64,000 bases of DNA from Octopus vulgaris (GCA_951406725.2 OX597814.1:133300001-133364000), one strand, 5' to 3'; shown: positions 14,011-26,234, numbered from the stretch's first letter. Translations and numbers: made by a program. Notes: generated by a model from the letters alone, not told the origin.

Positions 14011-14867
14011 GTACAAACGAAAAAGTAAAAGAGAAACAACAGAAAAGGCATTAAATTTGTGTAGGAAGAGTAAAAGGAAATAGGTGGTGGAAAGTTTGTT
14101 CTTTGTTTTTGTATTTATGGAATGTTAGCAGTAGCAACTGACTGGAAGATGTTAAAGGATTACTAAGTGATGCAGATGATGCTATATATGGTAAACGTGA
14201 GCTTGGGCTTCATTTATTTCTTTTGTTATGGGTAGCTGTCCATGTATCCACTAGGACTATGGCTGCATAATGATCACGAAAGGCGGGAAGATGCGCAAAG
14301 TTGGTTGAAAATGATAGAGATGTGGAGGGAGGGGATCTGTTTGGATGTGCGAATGTCATTGTCTATATAATTGTATGTGTTGCTAATGATGTTTAACCCA
14401 GATCTGCCTTAATGATGCAGACCCTGAATCAAAGGCGTTTCTGTTATGACTAATTTGTCTTTATTTCTCTGGCATTGCTTATTTAGAATTATATTATCTA
14501 ATGTTTCTTCTTTAAGGAAATAAAGAAAATTTGATATTAGGTGAAAGATTTGTTTGCTACTCAAAGCAAACTGAATACATAGAAATCTTTCCTTCGCTCT
14601 ATTTATATATGTTGATATATATGTTTATTAGTGTTTCAGTATGTTTTAGTTTGCGTGTAGGAACATGTAAAAGGAATTATTTGCAAAATCGTGTTGAGTT
14701 CAAATGTCTACGTGTACGAATTATTGGATTATCAACTTCTGGGATTTTCGCTCAAAGTGATTGCATGGCCGTTTTGAACTTCTGAATAGTTATTGAACTA
14801 ATTCCCCGGCGTATGCAGCACGCGATCTAGATTTACTACATTGAAAGTGCCTGTCCAACAGTGATTG

Positions 14868-15483
14868 CATCATCCATACTCTCAACAATGCGCCCTTAAA
14901 TATGGTTTCTGATTACAAATATCTTGGGTCATACATATCATCATCTGGAAAAGACTTTCTAACTAGAAAGGGTATGGGCTGGTCAGCCTGTAATGACATG
15001 CATAAGATCTGGTCATCAAATCTAAGTAGAGACTTCAAACTTGAAATCTTCAAAGCCACAGTCGAACCAATTCTACTATATGGCTCAGAAACCTGGACAT
15101 TATCAAAGAAGCTTGAGAGGCGGTTGGATAGAACCTACACTCGCCTCCTTATGAGAGCTCAAAATCTCTCGTGGAAGCGCCATCCAACCAAAATGCAAAT
15201 ATATGGGAAACTACCACCTGTGTCATCTCTTGTGAAAGGTAAGAGAGTCCAGTTTGCTGGACATTGTTGTAGAGCTGAAAAAGAGGTAATTTCTACTCTT
15301 CTCCTCTGGAAGCCATCTACTCGCAATACCAGAGGGCGCACACTCTCCTACCCTGATGTAATCTCCAGGGATACAGGCATCCAGCAACAGGACCTCCGTA
15401 ATGCCATGATGGACCATGAAGTCTGGCGTAGCATGGTAAATTTCATTGTCTCGAACACGGTCGAACAATGATGATGATGATGA
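14868..15483 (+). mobile_element. RTE-clade LINE, 5'-truncated 3' end
   Basis: ORF 14902..15471 has DYKYLGSYI, EPILLYGSETWTL and QFAGHC motifs. (TGA)n tail follows the stop directly. Confidence 0.88.
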
Positions 15484-16914
15484 CTACATTGAAGAAATAT
15501 TTCTTTTTGTAGTTGTTTATTTCTCAGCATCAGTCCATAAATTCCAGTTGACTTCTTGCATCCAAGATTTCTCGTTATTTGGTTGATGCATATACCTTAC
15601 CAACATGAACTTAATACTAAGTTTGTTTCAATATACTAGTTTACTACGAAATAAGTATGTCATGCATAATTTTTTGGTAAAATGTTAATGCCTTTATTAG
15701 TGAATATCGAATAATATATAACTGAATATAATATAATTCCGCAACGGTTACTTCTGAAAAGAATTGAGATACAAAGTTACATGAAAATCTAAACACTAGG
15801 TTTTGCGAATTGGTTTATTGTTAAGAATTACTGGTTTTAAATAATCTGCTTCAATTAAGGAATTAATATAGTTGTAAAGTAATATTCTCTTGTCGACGAT
15901 AATCCATTTTTTCCACTTTTAAAAGCTCCATCTTACCTTCTGATGAATTTCATCGTTGTTCCTGCTTCACAGAGGGATAAATATTTAATATTTATGCATA
16001 TTACAAATTAAACACGTGAAATTAATGTCATACTTTGCATTCTATTAGAGAGTTTCTTAAATGATTTTGTAATGAATATTAATAGCATTGCTACATTTTT
16101 TCAAACCTATATAAATATCTGTCTGACAAACATTAGGTATATTCTTTTTGAATTTACAAGATGCTATTGCAAGTACTTGCTTTTACCAAAAATGTGAGGA
16201 AGGCTATGTGTACATCGATAAAAGTACAGTACAACAAAATGAGAGACGAGGTAAAATAAAACATGAGTTAGATAGACATAAATCTACATTTAAACCGTAA
16301 TCCATAGAATTTATCCAAGTTTCATTACGTCACAAACAGAATAATCAAAGTGACCTATATTAAATTTTTAATTCAGTGCTCACACGAACATCTACGTCAG
16401 TGATTCGCAAATTGGTCTCTACCGCTCATGGTGGCAGCAATGAAGAGGCAGTAATGTTTCTGTCTTATAGTTAAGTTTCATTACAGACGCTTCCTTTGTT
16501 ACATAAAACTAAAAGTTCTGTATGGTAGCAACCGCCCAATTGTTTTAAATGGGCGTTTCATAAAAAAAAATTCCATTTTTGTAACACTGAGCTAGACAAG
16601 CATAATTCAGTTTACTTCAAGGAAAAGATAATATAATGAAAATTAATAGTTTTGACATAAGATAATATTAAATTGATTGCATATTGCATACAAAGTAAAA
16701 TTTTTAATAGGATAAAATGTCCTGAATTGCATCTCTGCTATTGGAAATCATAGTAATTCATTACAGAGACGGTAATATTGATCGCATGACTATGAACTAA
16801 CTTACAGGCAGTTATTTAGGTAAATCAAGTGCAGCTCAGTATTTCTATTTTTTTTCTGATAAAGCTCATAAGTTCTGAACGTGTATAACGTGTGATGGAA
16901 GATTTTATTGGTTT

Positions 16915-17104
16915 GAACTCATTAGGAAGTGCATTTACTTTTTGATCTGCACTAAATCTTTGATTAAAAATATATTTGTATAGAGTAGCTTTTCTTTCAA
17001 ATCCAAAAGAACTCATTAGGAAGTGCATTTACTTTTTGATCTGCACTAAATCTTTGATTAAAAATATATTTGTATAGAGTAGCTTTTCTTTCAAATCCAA
17101 AAGA
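16915..17104. repeat. Perfect 94-bp tandem duplication
   Basis: GAACTCATTAGGAAGTGC...TCAAATCCAAAA starts at 16915 and again at 17009. Confidence 0.92.
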
Positions 17105-17126
17105 GCAGTCAGCCTAGAGTACATCA

Positions 17127-17160
<34 letters not shown>

Positions 17161-17666
17161 AGTAATATCATATCACTGGTTTTGGTAATAAAAGACAACG
17201 GTTTTCCCGTCAATATAGTTGAAATTGTGTAAGCGCAGTTAAGTCGAATATATGTTATGCAATGAATATAAGTTACGTAATGAAGAACTCCTCCGTGCAG
17301 ATGCAGCGTTTTTGTAACATATTTAGGGAAACTACAAACAGTCTGCTGAAAACTTGGCAACTATGGTCGGATTCAGTGTTTTAAAAGGAAAGACAAAAAG
17401 ATAGGAAAAGAAATATGAAAGTTATTTATCTTTTATTTTATATTACATTTTATTAAGATAAAGCGGTGTTCACACGTTTTCAGTGAGTCCGTTACTAGTT
17501 CATTGATTTTGAGAAGGCAAGAATGACAAGAGATTGTCTGCAGTGCTCAACTATAACAATTATCACAAAGAGCTATATTTGGAACTACAACTTAAAGTGG
17601 TTTCTCTCTGATCCTTATGCTTCATCAATATACATAGGCAAAAAGTACATGCAGTAACATATACAT

Positions 17667-17834
<168 letters not shown>

Positions 17835-18243
17835 CATGCGCTGCAACAATGCTTCGCTGCATCCATCATTAATTGGTGATTCCCTATTATTCTTGCCGGA
17901 TGGCGCCTCTAAGACACTCAGGCGACATCCCTTAAACCCATGGGTCTCTTTAGATACACGTTGATCGTGAAAATTTTAGAAAGTCGGAGTGCAAATCCAA
18001 CCTCAAATCGTTTAGCTGCCTTGTATGGCGTGCTGAGGAAACGTTGTTCTATTCTGTTACATATTGTTCCCCACACACCACTAGAGGCGCGTGAAATAAA
18101 GTGGTTTGCTCAAGTACATAACACGCCGCCCGCCGCGTGCATCGCCCTAATCATAAGGCCTTGCACCTTCACAATATATATGCATGTTGCTCTCTATATA
18201 TAAACATAAAAAATGAAATCACTATATGAAGTACAAAATTATA

Positions 18244-18799
18244 TTTGGTTGTCCGGAAAGTTCGTGCCGATTTTTAAAGGAAAGAAAAAGATCAATAAAT
18301 ACTTGACATTACATTTTTAATCAACCAAATATGAACCATTTTGTTGCACAATGCGTGTCTATCTTTCCTTTAACTTGAAAATACCCTCTTCCCAGAACTG
18401 AGGTGGTTTCATGGCAAAGTATTCATCAAGGTATCTTTTTACGCCATCGAAGGAATTGACATTTTTACCTATTCTGCAGAAACCTGAATAAGTGGAAATC
18501 CGAAGGAGCAATATCTGGTGAATATGGAAGGTGGGGTAACACATCCCAGCCGAGCTGCAGCATTTTTATCTGGTTCCCAAAGCATCAAGTGCCGAAAATG
18601 AACTTTCTTATCCTCCATTTTAAAGGTTACAGAATTAACACATGTTATAGGAACATAAATCTTCTTCCACTAAAAGATAGCATAAACTGTGCTCTAAATG
18701 AAGGTGTAATCAAATCCTATTTTATGGACTCAACCATGTTCTAAAATAAGTCGAACGGTAAGCTACTATAAATCGGCACGAACTTTCCGGACATCCCAA
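18244..18799 (-). mobile_element. Internally deleted non-autonomous mariner (556 bp)
   Basis: ~30-bp TIRs (TTTGGTTGTCCGGAAAGTTCGTGCCGATTT / AAATCGGCACGAACTTTCCGGACATCCCAA) flanked by TA. The minus strand joins N-terminal MEDKKVHFRHLMLWE (ATG 18618) to LGWDVLPHLPYSPDIAPSDFHLF and FWEEGIFKLKER. Confidence 0.92.
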
Positions 18800-19259
18800 T
18801 AGTAATCTAAACTTAGATCTTATAAAGTCCTTATTCTTGCGTATTTTCAATTTTCGATACGATTTTAACTTAAATTAACCAACTGATATAGGCTTACATA
18901 TTTAACCAAAATGAGGATTACTAAACAAAAAATTAAAGATACTGAACATTAAACTTTAGAATATCTAGCCTATGAAATGAAAGTAACAGGATTCGAAAAT
19001 TAAGATGATTGGAGTCATGGAAGTAAACTAAGAACAGGTTGGAGAGTCACAAAAATACTGTAGAACAGAAAAGAGGAATAATGAAGACGTAGAATGAAAC
19101 GAAAATGAATTTGAAGAGAAGTTAGAGAAAGTATGAAGGAATCTCGGTGAAAGAAAAATCGGGGATACGGAAGAGGTATTACGAAATACATTCTTCATCA
19201 GCATATCATAAAAGTAGACTTGATATGTGTGTATGTATATATACATACATATATATATA

Positions 19260-19308
<49 letters not shown>

Positions 19309-19483
19309 GTTTAAATATTTGTTGTGCAAGATTTTTTATGTGAAGTCGTGTGTTGAAACAGATATTGTTATATTTCGGAATGGTCATATTGCCAGTTTAG
19401 CCAATAAAAACACACGCACTATATATTTGGTGTTATTTTGCTTCAGTGATATTTATTTTTTACATTAATCTTAATCTTATTTC

Positions 19484-19528
19484 GGCCAAAGTTCTTTCGT
19501 CACACTCCTGTGACCGCATCAGTGGTCC
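19484..19528 (-). ncRNA. Variant minimal type I hammerhead (inverted copy at 23201-23245 +)
   Basis: GGACCA-CUGAUGC-G-GUCAC aggagu GUGAC-GAAA-GAAC-UU-UGGCC. A9C core change and imperfect stem III palindrome. Confidence 0.6.
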
Positions 19529-20050
19529 TTTGTTTTCTTCTCACTTACTTGTGTCTCTCCTTACTAACCGTCAGCCATTTTGTATTTCTATTGTATGTCT
19601 TCATTTGCGCATGCTTATATCTCTATGTGCGTCTATGTTTATTTAGTGTGTGTGTGGGGGGATGCCTGTAATATTTGTATCTTCTGGTTATATACATTCT
19701 TGTAATTTGTATTTTGTTTTTGTTGTTGTTGCTTTTGTTCTAATTTTATTCATGTGTTTACATCCACCCATTATTATCATTACATATGCTTGTATGTATG
19801 TATAACAACAATATTAGTAATAATAATAATAAATCTAATCGAGAAAAAAAAAAAAAAAAGAATATACATATACATATATATATATATACATACATATACA
19901 TATACATATATATATATATATATATACATATATACACACATATATACACATATACATATACATATATATACACATATACATATATATAGATATTCATTTC
20001 TATTTCTTTAATTACCTGTGTATTTATTATGTTTGCAGGATCCACTATTG

Positions 20051-20662
20051 TCATATGTTGTGGTGTGCGCTATTGCTCCATTCTAGTTTTCTATTCAGGC
20101 TAGGTTTATTTTCTATTATATGTGTAGCTTCTGTAATTTGTCTAATTGTTGCATCTGTTCTATGTGTGGACAATATCTTAATCTCTATGTTATTGATTGA
20201 TCCCCCGTGTTCTTGTTCGGCGTGTTGGTACAGAATCGATGAGCTTTTACCTTCCTTGAGTTGTCTCCAATGTTCATTCACCCGCTCACCAATGCTTCTT
20301 GCAGTTTCCCCTACGTATGTTACTGTCTTGTTACTGCATCGTCCCTCTATACATCTTATACTATAGACCACATTTCTGGCTTTACAGTTCGTTTGTGGGC
20401 TAAATCTACATACAGTGCAATAGTTATCCGTACAGAGAGTTCTACTAAAAGGATAGGTTCTACCAATTATAGATCTGATAGGGTTGCCTGGCTTTTCAAC
20501 AACCTTAATTCTTAGTTTAAGTTTATCTAGGGTCCTTCTAAAGCGGTACGCTAGTTCACCTCCAGGGGTGGTGTCAACGAACATGACACTCTGGTATTTA
20601 TGGCTATCATACCAAGAGTTGGCCTTCCTTATTTTCTTTTTGTCCTTTCTATAGTGTTCCAT
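20051..20662 (-). CDS. PLE Cys-rich linker + GIY-YIG endonuclease (frameshifted continuation of the RT ORF)
   Basis: CTDNYCTVC...NVVYSIRC...[16 protein letters not shown]...[15 protein letters not shown]. Confidence 0.88.
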   Translation of the reverse strand: MEHYRKDKKKIRKANSWYDSHKYQSVMFVDTTPGGELAYRFRRTLDKLKLRIKVVEKPGNPIRSIIGRTYPFSRTLCTDNYCTVCRFSPQTNCKARNVVYSIRCIEGRCSNKTVTYVGETARSIGERVNEHWRQLKEGKSSSILYQHAEQEHGGSINNIEIKILSTHRTDATIRQITEATHIIENKPSLNRKLEWSNSAHHNI

Positions 20663-22875
20663 GACTTGTTCCTATAGAGTGGGCAAATCCCATTCCTATC
20701 ATTACATAATATATTATCAAATTTCTTCATGGCTCCTTTGTATACTCTGATCCTTTCTTTATGGCTGTAACCTGAGAACTGCATGCGGTGAATGAAATAC
20801 TGTATGTGTCTCTTTAATTCTGTAGGCTCGCACATGCGTGACACATTTCTCATTATTCTGACGAGGTCTGCCATCAAAATATTGAATTTGGCATTGCCCG
20901 CAATGGCTGAGTTCCGGTGGATCAGGTATTTTGAGGCCATAGGTTTTGCATAGTATGAATGAAGGATTTGGGTTTTATTTTTCACAATTTCTAGCCAGAG
21001 TTCAGTGTCTAGTACTGGTAGTCTATGGTTGGGGTGTTTAGTGGGGTAGTCTATTGTGACCTTAATACTCTGGTGGATGGAGTTAGCTATTTGCTGGATG
21101 CTCTCCATAGTATTAGTTTCTATTACTATATCAACAGTACTTTCTTGTGGGGGTGCCTTTACTACTATATTGATATCATCAACATAGCGAGAGTACATGT
21201 TTACGAGTATGGATTTCTGCAGTAGGCATTCTTTAAGCCTTCTGTCCCACCATACCATGAAGAGGTTGGCCACATCACCAGCGATACTAACACCGATGGC
21301 TGCCCCCTCGTCCTGGGCATATATTTTATTATTAAATTTAAATGTGTGGCCTTTTAGGGTAACTCTTATACTAGCTCCTAGTGCATGTGCGATCATTTTC
21401 TTTACCTGATGGACATTTGCGGGGCTCCGTATGGCTCTGGTCCATCCGCGCCATCTTTCTATATGTGTCTTCCTAGCCATAGAAGTAATTGTAGGCGGTC
21501 TACCTCTTAAACATCTACTGGGGCAGAAACTACTAAGATTATGTTTATCTAAGTATTCACTATTATATGTCAGTCTAAGTAGGAGGCCCAGTTCTTCTGT
21601 GTCGACATTACAGAACTCCACCTGGCTCTCGTTGATCATCTCCACGCACTTCTCCACTGCAAAATCTACGTCAATCGATGGGTATAGGGATACCACATCC
21701 ATGCTACCTACTATACATCCTGTCAAGTCACAAGTTTTGTTACAGTCACTGATCCTGCTTAGGAGATCTTCTGTGCTGTCACATACATCAGGTGACATCC
21801 TGATTATAGGGCGTATGATCATTGAGAGGAAGTAGGAGATTCTGTAATTGCTAGCGATATTCGCTCCACAGACTGGTCTTGTTGGTGGTCCTGCTATAGG
21901 GTCAGTAAAACCTTTATGGTCCTTGCGAAGTCCATACAGTGCCGGGATATCATTGTTCCAGGCTTGGAAATTCTTTGCAGTACGTTTCTGAGGTCCCAGA
22001 ACAATTGTCCACATCATCATGTGGGCATTGAGGACCTTTTCTCTCTCCTCATGCGCCTGTACAGTTGTTACTTTTGTATTGGCGATATGAGGTTGCATTG
22101 CCTGGATGTAGTTCGGTAAGCTGTCTATTGACATCCTGCCGGACTTATCCGTGGGAAGGCATATCACCTCTCCGTTCCTCGTGCGCTGAATGAGCTTCTG
22201 TAGGCCACATGCAGGTTTAATCCCTAGTTGTTGGGCATCTGTCTTATTCTGTCTCTGTCTCTTAATGTATAAACCTAAAATCTGTCTAAGTTTGGTCCTA
22301 GCTATAGTGAACTGTGCTTCCATGTGGTCATTAGTACGTCTTGGGATGTATACCCTTTTGTTGAAGGGTAATGTTGTTGGATAAATTCGGTTCATGCAGT
22401 AAGTTTTGTCGCATACGTTGAAGAATTGAGTGTCAAAGGGATGGGTATACATGTCAATGGTCTCTCTAGGGTTATCTTCATTATCGTTACTGTTTCCAAC
22501 ATCAGCCTTCCTATTATTATTATCACCATTACCACTACTACTACTACTACTAGTATTCCTATTACCACCACAACTATCACTACTATCCTCATTACTACTT
22601 CTACTGTTACCATCACCACTACTACTACCACTATTATTGTTATTACCTTTATTCCTACCATTGCCATTATTACTATCATCGCTAGTGATATATTCATTGT
22701 TCCTGTTTCTGGTATATGTGTTGTTTATATTAGTGTTGGGTTTTATGTCTGTCTGCTGGTCCCTGTCAATCCCCCTGTTGCGGTCGTTATTTTTGTTCCT
22801 ATGAGTATTGTTATCTGTTTCAAGTCCGCTGACTCCCTGTCCAAGGATCCTGTTGCATTCAACTTTATTCTCCAT
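20629..22875 (-). CDS. PLE reverse transcriptase
   Basis: LPTDKSG, LYGLRKDHK, TRPV, SMDVVSLYPSI, QDEGAAIG, YSRYVDDI, LPVLD. Residues of the track ORF upstream of ~22888 come from the inverted pLTR. Confidence 0.9.
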   Translation of the reverse strand: MENKVECNRILGQGVSGLETDNNTHRNKNNDRNRGIDRDQQTDIKPNTNINNTYTRNRNNEYITSDDSNNGNGRNKGNNNNSGSSSGDGNSRSSNEDSSDSCGGNRNTSSSSSSGNGDNNNRKADVGNSNDNEDNPRETIDMYTHPFDTQFFNVCDKTYCMNRIYPTTLPFNKRVYIPRRTNDHMEAQFTIARTKLRQILGLYIKRQRQNKTDAQQLGIKPACGLQKLIQRTRNGEVICLPTDKSGRMSIDSLPNYIQAMQPHIANTKVTTVQAHEEREKVLNAHMMMWTIVLGPQKRTAKNFQAWNNDIPALYGLRKDHKGFTDPIAGPPTRPVCGANIASNYRISYFLSMIIRPIIRMSPDVCDSTEDLLSRISDCNKTCDLTGCIVGSMDVVSLYPSIDVDFAVEKCVEMINESQVEFCNVDTEELGLLLRLTYNSEYLDKHNLSSFCPSRCLRGRPPTITSMARKTHIERWRGWTRAIRSPANVHQVKKMIAHALGASIRVTLKGHTFKFNNKIYAQDEGAAIGVSIAGDVANLFMVWWDRRLKECLLQKSILVNMYSRYVDDINIVVKAPPQESTVDIVIETNTMESIQQIANSIHQSIKVTIDYPTKHPNHRLPVLDTELWLEIVKNKTQILHSYYAKPMASKYLIHRNSAIAGNAKFNILMADLVRIMRNVSRMCEPTELKRHIQYFIHRMQFSGYSHKERIRVYKGAMKKFDNILCNDRNGICPLYRNKSWNTIERTKRK

Positions 22876-23387
22876 CGTGACCCCTATGATTAGATTTATT
22901 ATTATTATTACTAATATTGTTGTTATACATACATACAAGCATATGTAATGATAATAATGGGTGGATGTAAACACATGAATAAAATTAGAACAAAAGCAAC
23001 AACAACAAAAACAAAATACAAATTACAAGAATGTATATAACCAGAAGATACAAATATTACAGGCATCCCCCCCACACACACACTAAATAAACATAGACGC
23101 ACATAGAGATATAAGCATGCGCAAATGAAGACATACAATAGAAATACAAAATGGCTGACGGTTAGTAAGGAGAGACACAAGTAAGTGAGAAGAAAACAAA
23201 GGACCACTGATGCGGTCACAGGAGTGTGACGAAAGAACTTTGGCCGAAATAAGATTAAGATTAATGTAAAAAATAAATATCACTGAAGCAAAATAACACC
23301 AAATATATAGTGCGTGTGTTTTTATTGGCTAAACTGGCAATATGACCATTCCGAAATATAACAATATATATATATATATATATATAC

Positions 23388-23716
23388 AAAATGGGACAAG
23401 AACACAAAACATCCAGATAGGTGATACAAAGAAAACAAGAACGGGTCATTCGGAGTTTTCTTTCCTCAGTCGAGTTCCAGATTATATTTGCGATTTCGGC
23501 TGGTTATACTTCTCCGTTTATTTTCGTCCTTGTTTTCGTATACATTCGCTGCTCTTAGCTTAGCTTTTCCTTGGGGCTGGCCAGATTGGAGCAATCTCGG
23601 GTATAACCATCCGAAATCGCAAAGATAATCTGAAATTCGACTGAGGAAAGAAAACTCCGAATTATCAGTCTTTGTTTTCTTTGTATCGTCTATCTGGATG
23701 CTTTGCGTTCTAGTCC

Positions 23717-23722
<6 letters not shown>
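23388..23722. mobile_element. Small fold-back element with diverged ~125-bp inverted arms between (TA)n tracts
   Basis: AAAATGGGACAAGAAC...GGTTATAC versus GTATAACC...GTTCTAGTCCCATTTT. A related single arm lies at ~44205-44330. Confidence 0.75.
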
Positions 23723-23762
<40 letters not shown>

Positions 23763-23968
23763 AAGAAGGGTAGTAATATTATTTACTACCAGGTGCCCAG
23801 CACAAAAGACGAATTAGTCATAAGACAAAAATATTATTCATATAGAAAAATATTATTCATGTAGTTATACAATTAAGGGCTCCTAAATAAAGATGCCGAG
23901 TGCTGGGAACACAAAAAGGAGATGAATTTATCGAGAGTGAAAATAAAAAACGTTTACCGATAACTTTA

Positions 23969-24048
23969 ACAACTCGTACCGCGGTTTCTGCTTCTTTCTA
24001 GCAAAACACAGAATATGTTTGCTAAGGCCAGCTTCATCAGCGAGTCGC
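23969..24048 (-). ncRNA. Type I hammerhead ribozyme (array copy 1)
   Basis: Reverse complement of the fold at 24886-24965. Confidence 0.8.
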
Positions 24049-24413
24049 CTGAATTTAATCGAGGTCTGCAGCGATGTGGGGCTATGTGTTAAACCCGACT
24101 ACTAGCAGATCTTAACTTTTCAAATCTCTGCGCAGACGCAAAATTTACACGGGCATGCCGGGAAGAATTTTACGAATAAATTCATCATGTAGTATGCGAA
24201 TATAAACAAGAAGGGTAGTAATATTATTTACTACCAGGTGCCCAGCACAAAAGACGAATTAGTCATAAGACAAAAATATTATTCATATAGAAAAATATTA
24301 TTCATGTAGTTATACAATTAAGGGCTCCTAAATAAAGATGCCGAGTGCTGGGAACACAAAAAGGGGATGAATTTATCGAGAGTGAAAATCAAAAACGTTT
24401 ACCGATAACTTTA

Positions 24414-24493
24414 ACAACTCGTACCGCGGTTTCTGCTTCTTTCTAGCAAAACACAGAATATGTTTGCTAAGGCCAGCTTCATCAGCGAGTCGC
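24414..24493 (-). ncRNA. Type I hammerhead ribozyme (array copy 2)
   Basis: Identical fold, 445 bp from copy 1. Confidence 0.8.
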
Positions 24494-24885
24494 CTGAATT
24501 TAATCGAGGTCTGCAGCGATGTGGGGCTATGTGTTAAACCCGACTACTAGCAGATCTTAACTTTTCAAATCTCTGCGCAGACGCAAAATTTACACGGGCA
24601 TGCCGGGAAGAATTTTACATGTAGTATGCGAATATAAACAAGAAGGGTAGTAATATTATTTACTACTAGGTGCCCAGCACAAAAGACGAATTAGTCATAA
24701 GACAAAAATATTATTCATATAGAAAAATATTATTCATGTAGTTATACAATTAAGGGCTCCTAAATAAAGATGCCGGCATGCCCGTGTAAATTTTGCGTCT
24801 GCGCAGAGATTTGAAAAGTTAAGATCTGCTAGTAGTCGGGTTTAACACATAGCCCCACATCGCTGCAGACCTCGATTAAATTCAG

Positions 24886-24965
24886 GCGACTCGCTGATGA
24901 AGCTGGCCTTAGCAAACATATTCTGTGTTTTGCTAGAAAGAAGCAGAAACCGCGGTACGAGTTGT
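24886..24965 (+). ncRNA. Type I hammerhead ribozyme (array copy 3)
   Basis: Stem I GCGACUCG/CGAGUUGU, core CUGAUGA, long stem II with a UAGCAAA/UUUGCUA hairpin, GAAA, palindromic stem III ACCGCGGU, predicted cut after GUA (24957). Confidence 0.82.
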
Positions 24966-25330
24966 TAAAGTTATCGGTAAACGTTTTTGATTTTCACTCT
25001 CGATAAATTCATCCCCTTTTTGTGTTCCAAGCACTCGGCATCTTTATTTAGGAGCCCTTAATTGTATAACTACATGAATAATATTTTTCTATATGAATAA
25101 TATTTTTGTCTTATGACTAATTCGTCTTTTGTGCTGGGCACCTGGTAGTAAATAATATTACTACCCTTCTTGTTTATATTCGCATACTACATGATGAATT
25201 TATTCGTAAAATTCTTCCCGGCATGCCCGTGTAAATTTTGCGTCTGCGCAGAGATTTGAAAAGTTAAGATCTGCTAGTAGTCGGGTTTAACACATAGCCC
25301 CACATCGCTGCAGACCTCGATTAAATTCAG

Positions 25331-25410
25331 GCGACTCGCTGATGAAGCTGGCCTTAGCAAACATATTCTGTGTTTTGCTAGAAAGAAGCAGAAACCGCGG
25401 TACGAGTTGT
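25331..25410 (+). ncRNA. Type I hammerhead ribozyme (array copy 4)
   Basis: Identical to 24886-24965. Confidence 0.82.
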
Positions 25411-25775
25411 TAAAGTTATCGGTAAACGTTTTTGATTTTCACTCTCGATAAATTCATCCCCTTTTTGTGTTCCCAGCACTCGGCATCTTTATTTAGGAGC
25501 CCTTAATTGTATAACTACATGAATAATATTTTTCTATATGAATAATATTTTTGTCTTATGACTAATTCGTCTTTCGTGCTGGGCACCTGGTAGTAAATGA
25601 TATTACTACCCTTCTTGTTTATATTCGCATACTACATGATGAATTTATTCGTAAAATTCTTCCCGGCATGCCCGTGTAAATTTTGCGTCTGCGCAGAGAT
25701 TTGAAAAGTTAAGATCTGCTAGTAGTCGGGTTTAACACATAGCCCCACATCGCTGCAGACCTCGATTAAATTCAG

Positions 25776-25855
25776 GCGACTCGCTGATGAAGCTGGCCTT
25801 AGCAAACATATTCTGTGTTTTGCTAGAAAGAAGCAGAAACCGCGGTACGAGTTGT
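25776..25855 (+). ncRNA. Type I hammerhead ribozyme (array copy 5)
   Basis: Identical to 24886-24965. Confidence 0.82.
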
Positions 25856-25950
25856 TAATGTTATCGGTAAACGTTTTTGATTTTCACTCTCGATAAATTC
25901 ATCCCCTTTTTGTGTTCCCAGCACTCGGCATCTTTATTTAGGAGCCCTTA

Positions 25951-26013
<63 letters not shown>

Positions 26014-26188
26014 CGGCGTATGTACACTTTGGTTGAAATGATTAATACGGAAAACAGAGTGTACTGGAAGCTTTAATTAGGACAACAATCGTTTCAGCTT
26101 AATTCTGCACTGCTCCCTAGTGTGCGGGGAAGGATTTAATGGAAGCGAATGCACGCCTACCTAAGCTTTAATTCTAAATACAAATTAC

Positions 26189-26234
<46 letters not shown>

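Larger units (their letters stand above)
19308..23367 (-). mobile_element. Penelope-like element 1 with an upstream inverted copy of its 3' pseudo-LTR
   Basis: RT + GIY-YIG ORFs on minus. 19362-19840 is a near-perfect inverted repeat of 22888-23367. Both ends abut (TA)n. Confidence 0.93.
23756..25958. mobile_element. Non-coding 445-bp tandem array with a central inversion and one hammerhead per unit (retrozyme-like / non-autonomous PLE)
   Basis: Unit anchors at 23761, 24206 and 24638 (445 and 432 bp spacing). Inversion at ~24775, then ~2.7 reverse-complement units. (TA)n on both sides. No ORF in the track. Confidence 0.92.

Noticed and set aside
16320-16560. Promoter-like patch (TACGTCA x2, ATG, GTAATG)
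   Set aside because: Short motifs expected by chance; no supporting gene structure.
22888-22974. N-terminal 'hydrophobic leader' of the 781-aa ORF
   Set aside because: Derived from the inverted pLTR arm; the same peptide appears at 19754 on the other strand.
26075-26170. Partial hammerhead-like GAAACGATTGTT on minus
   Set aside because: No core NUGANNA box or stem I partner found.
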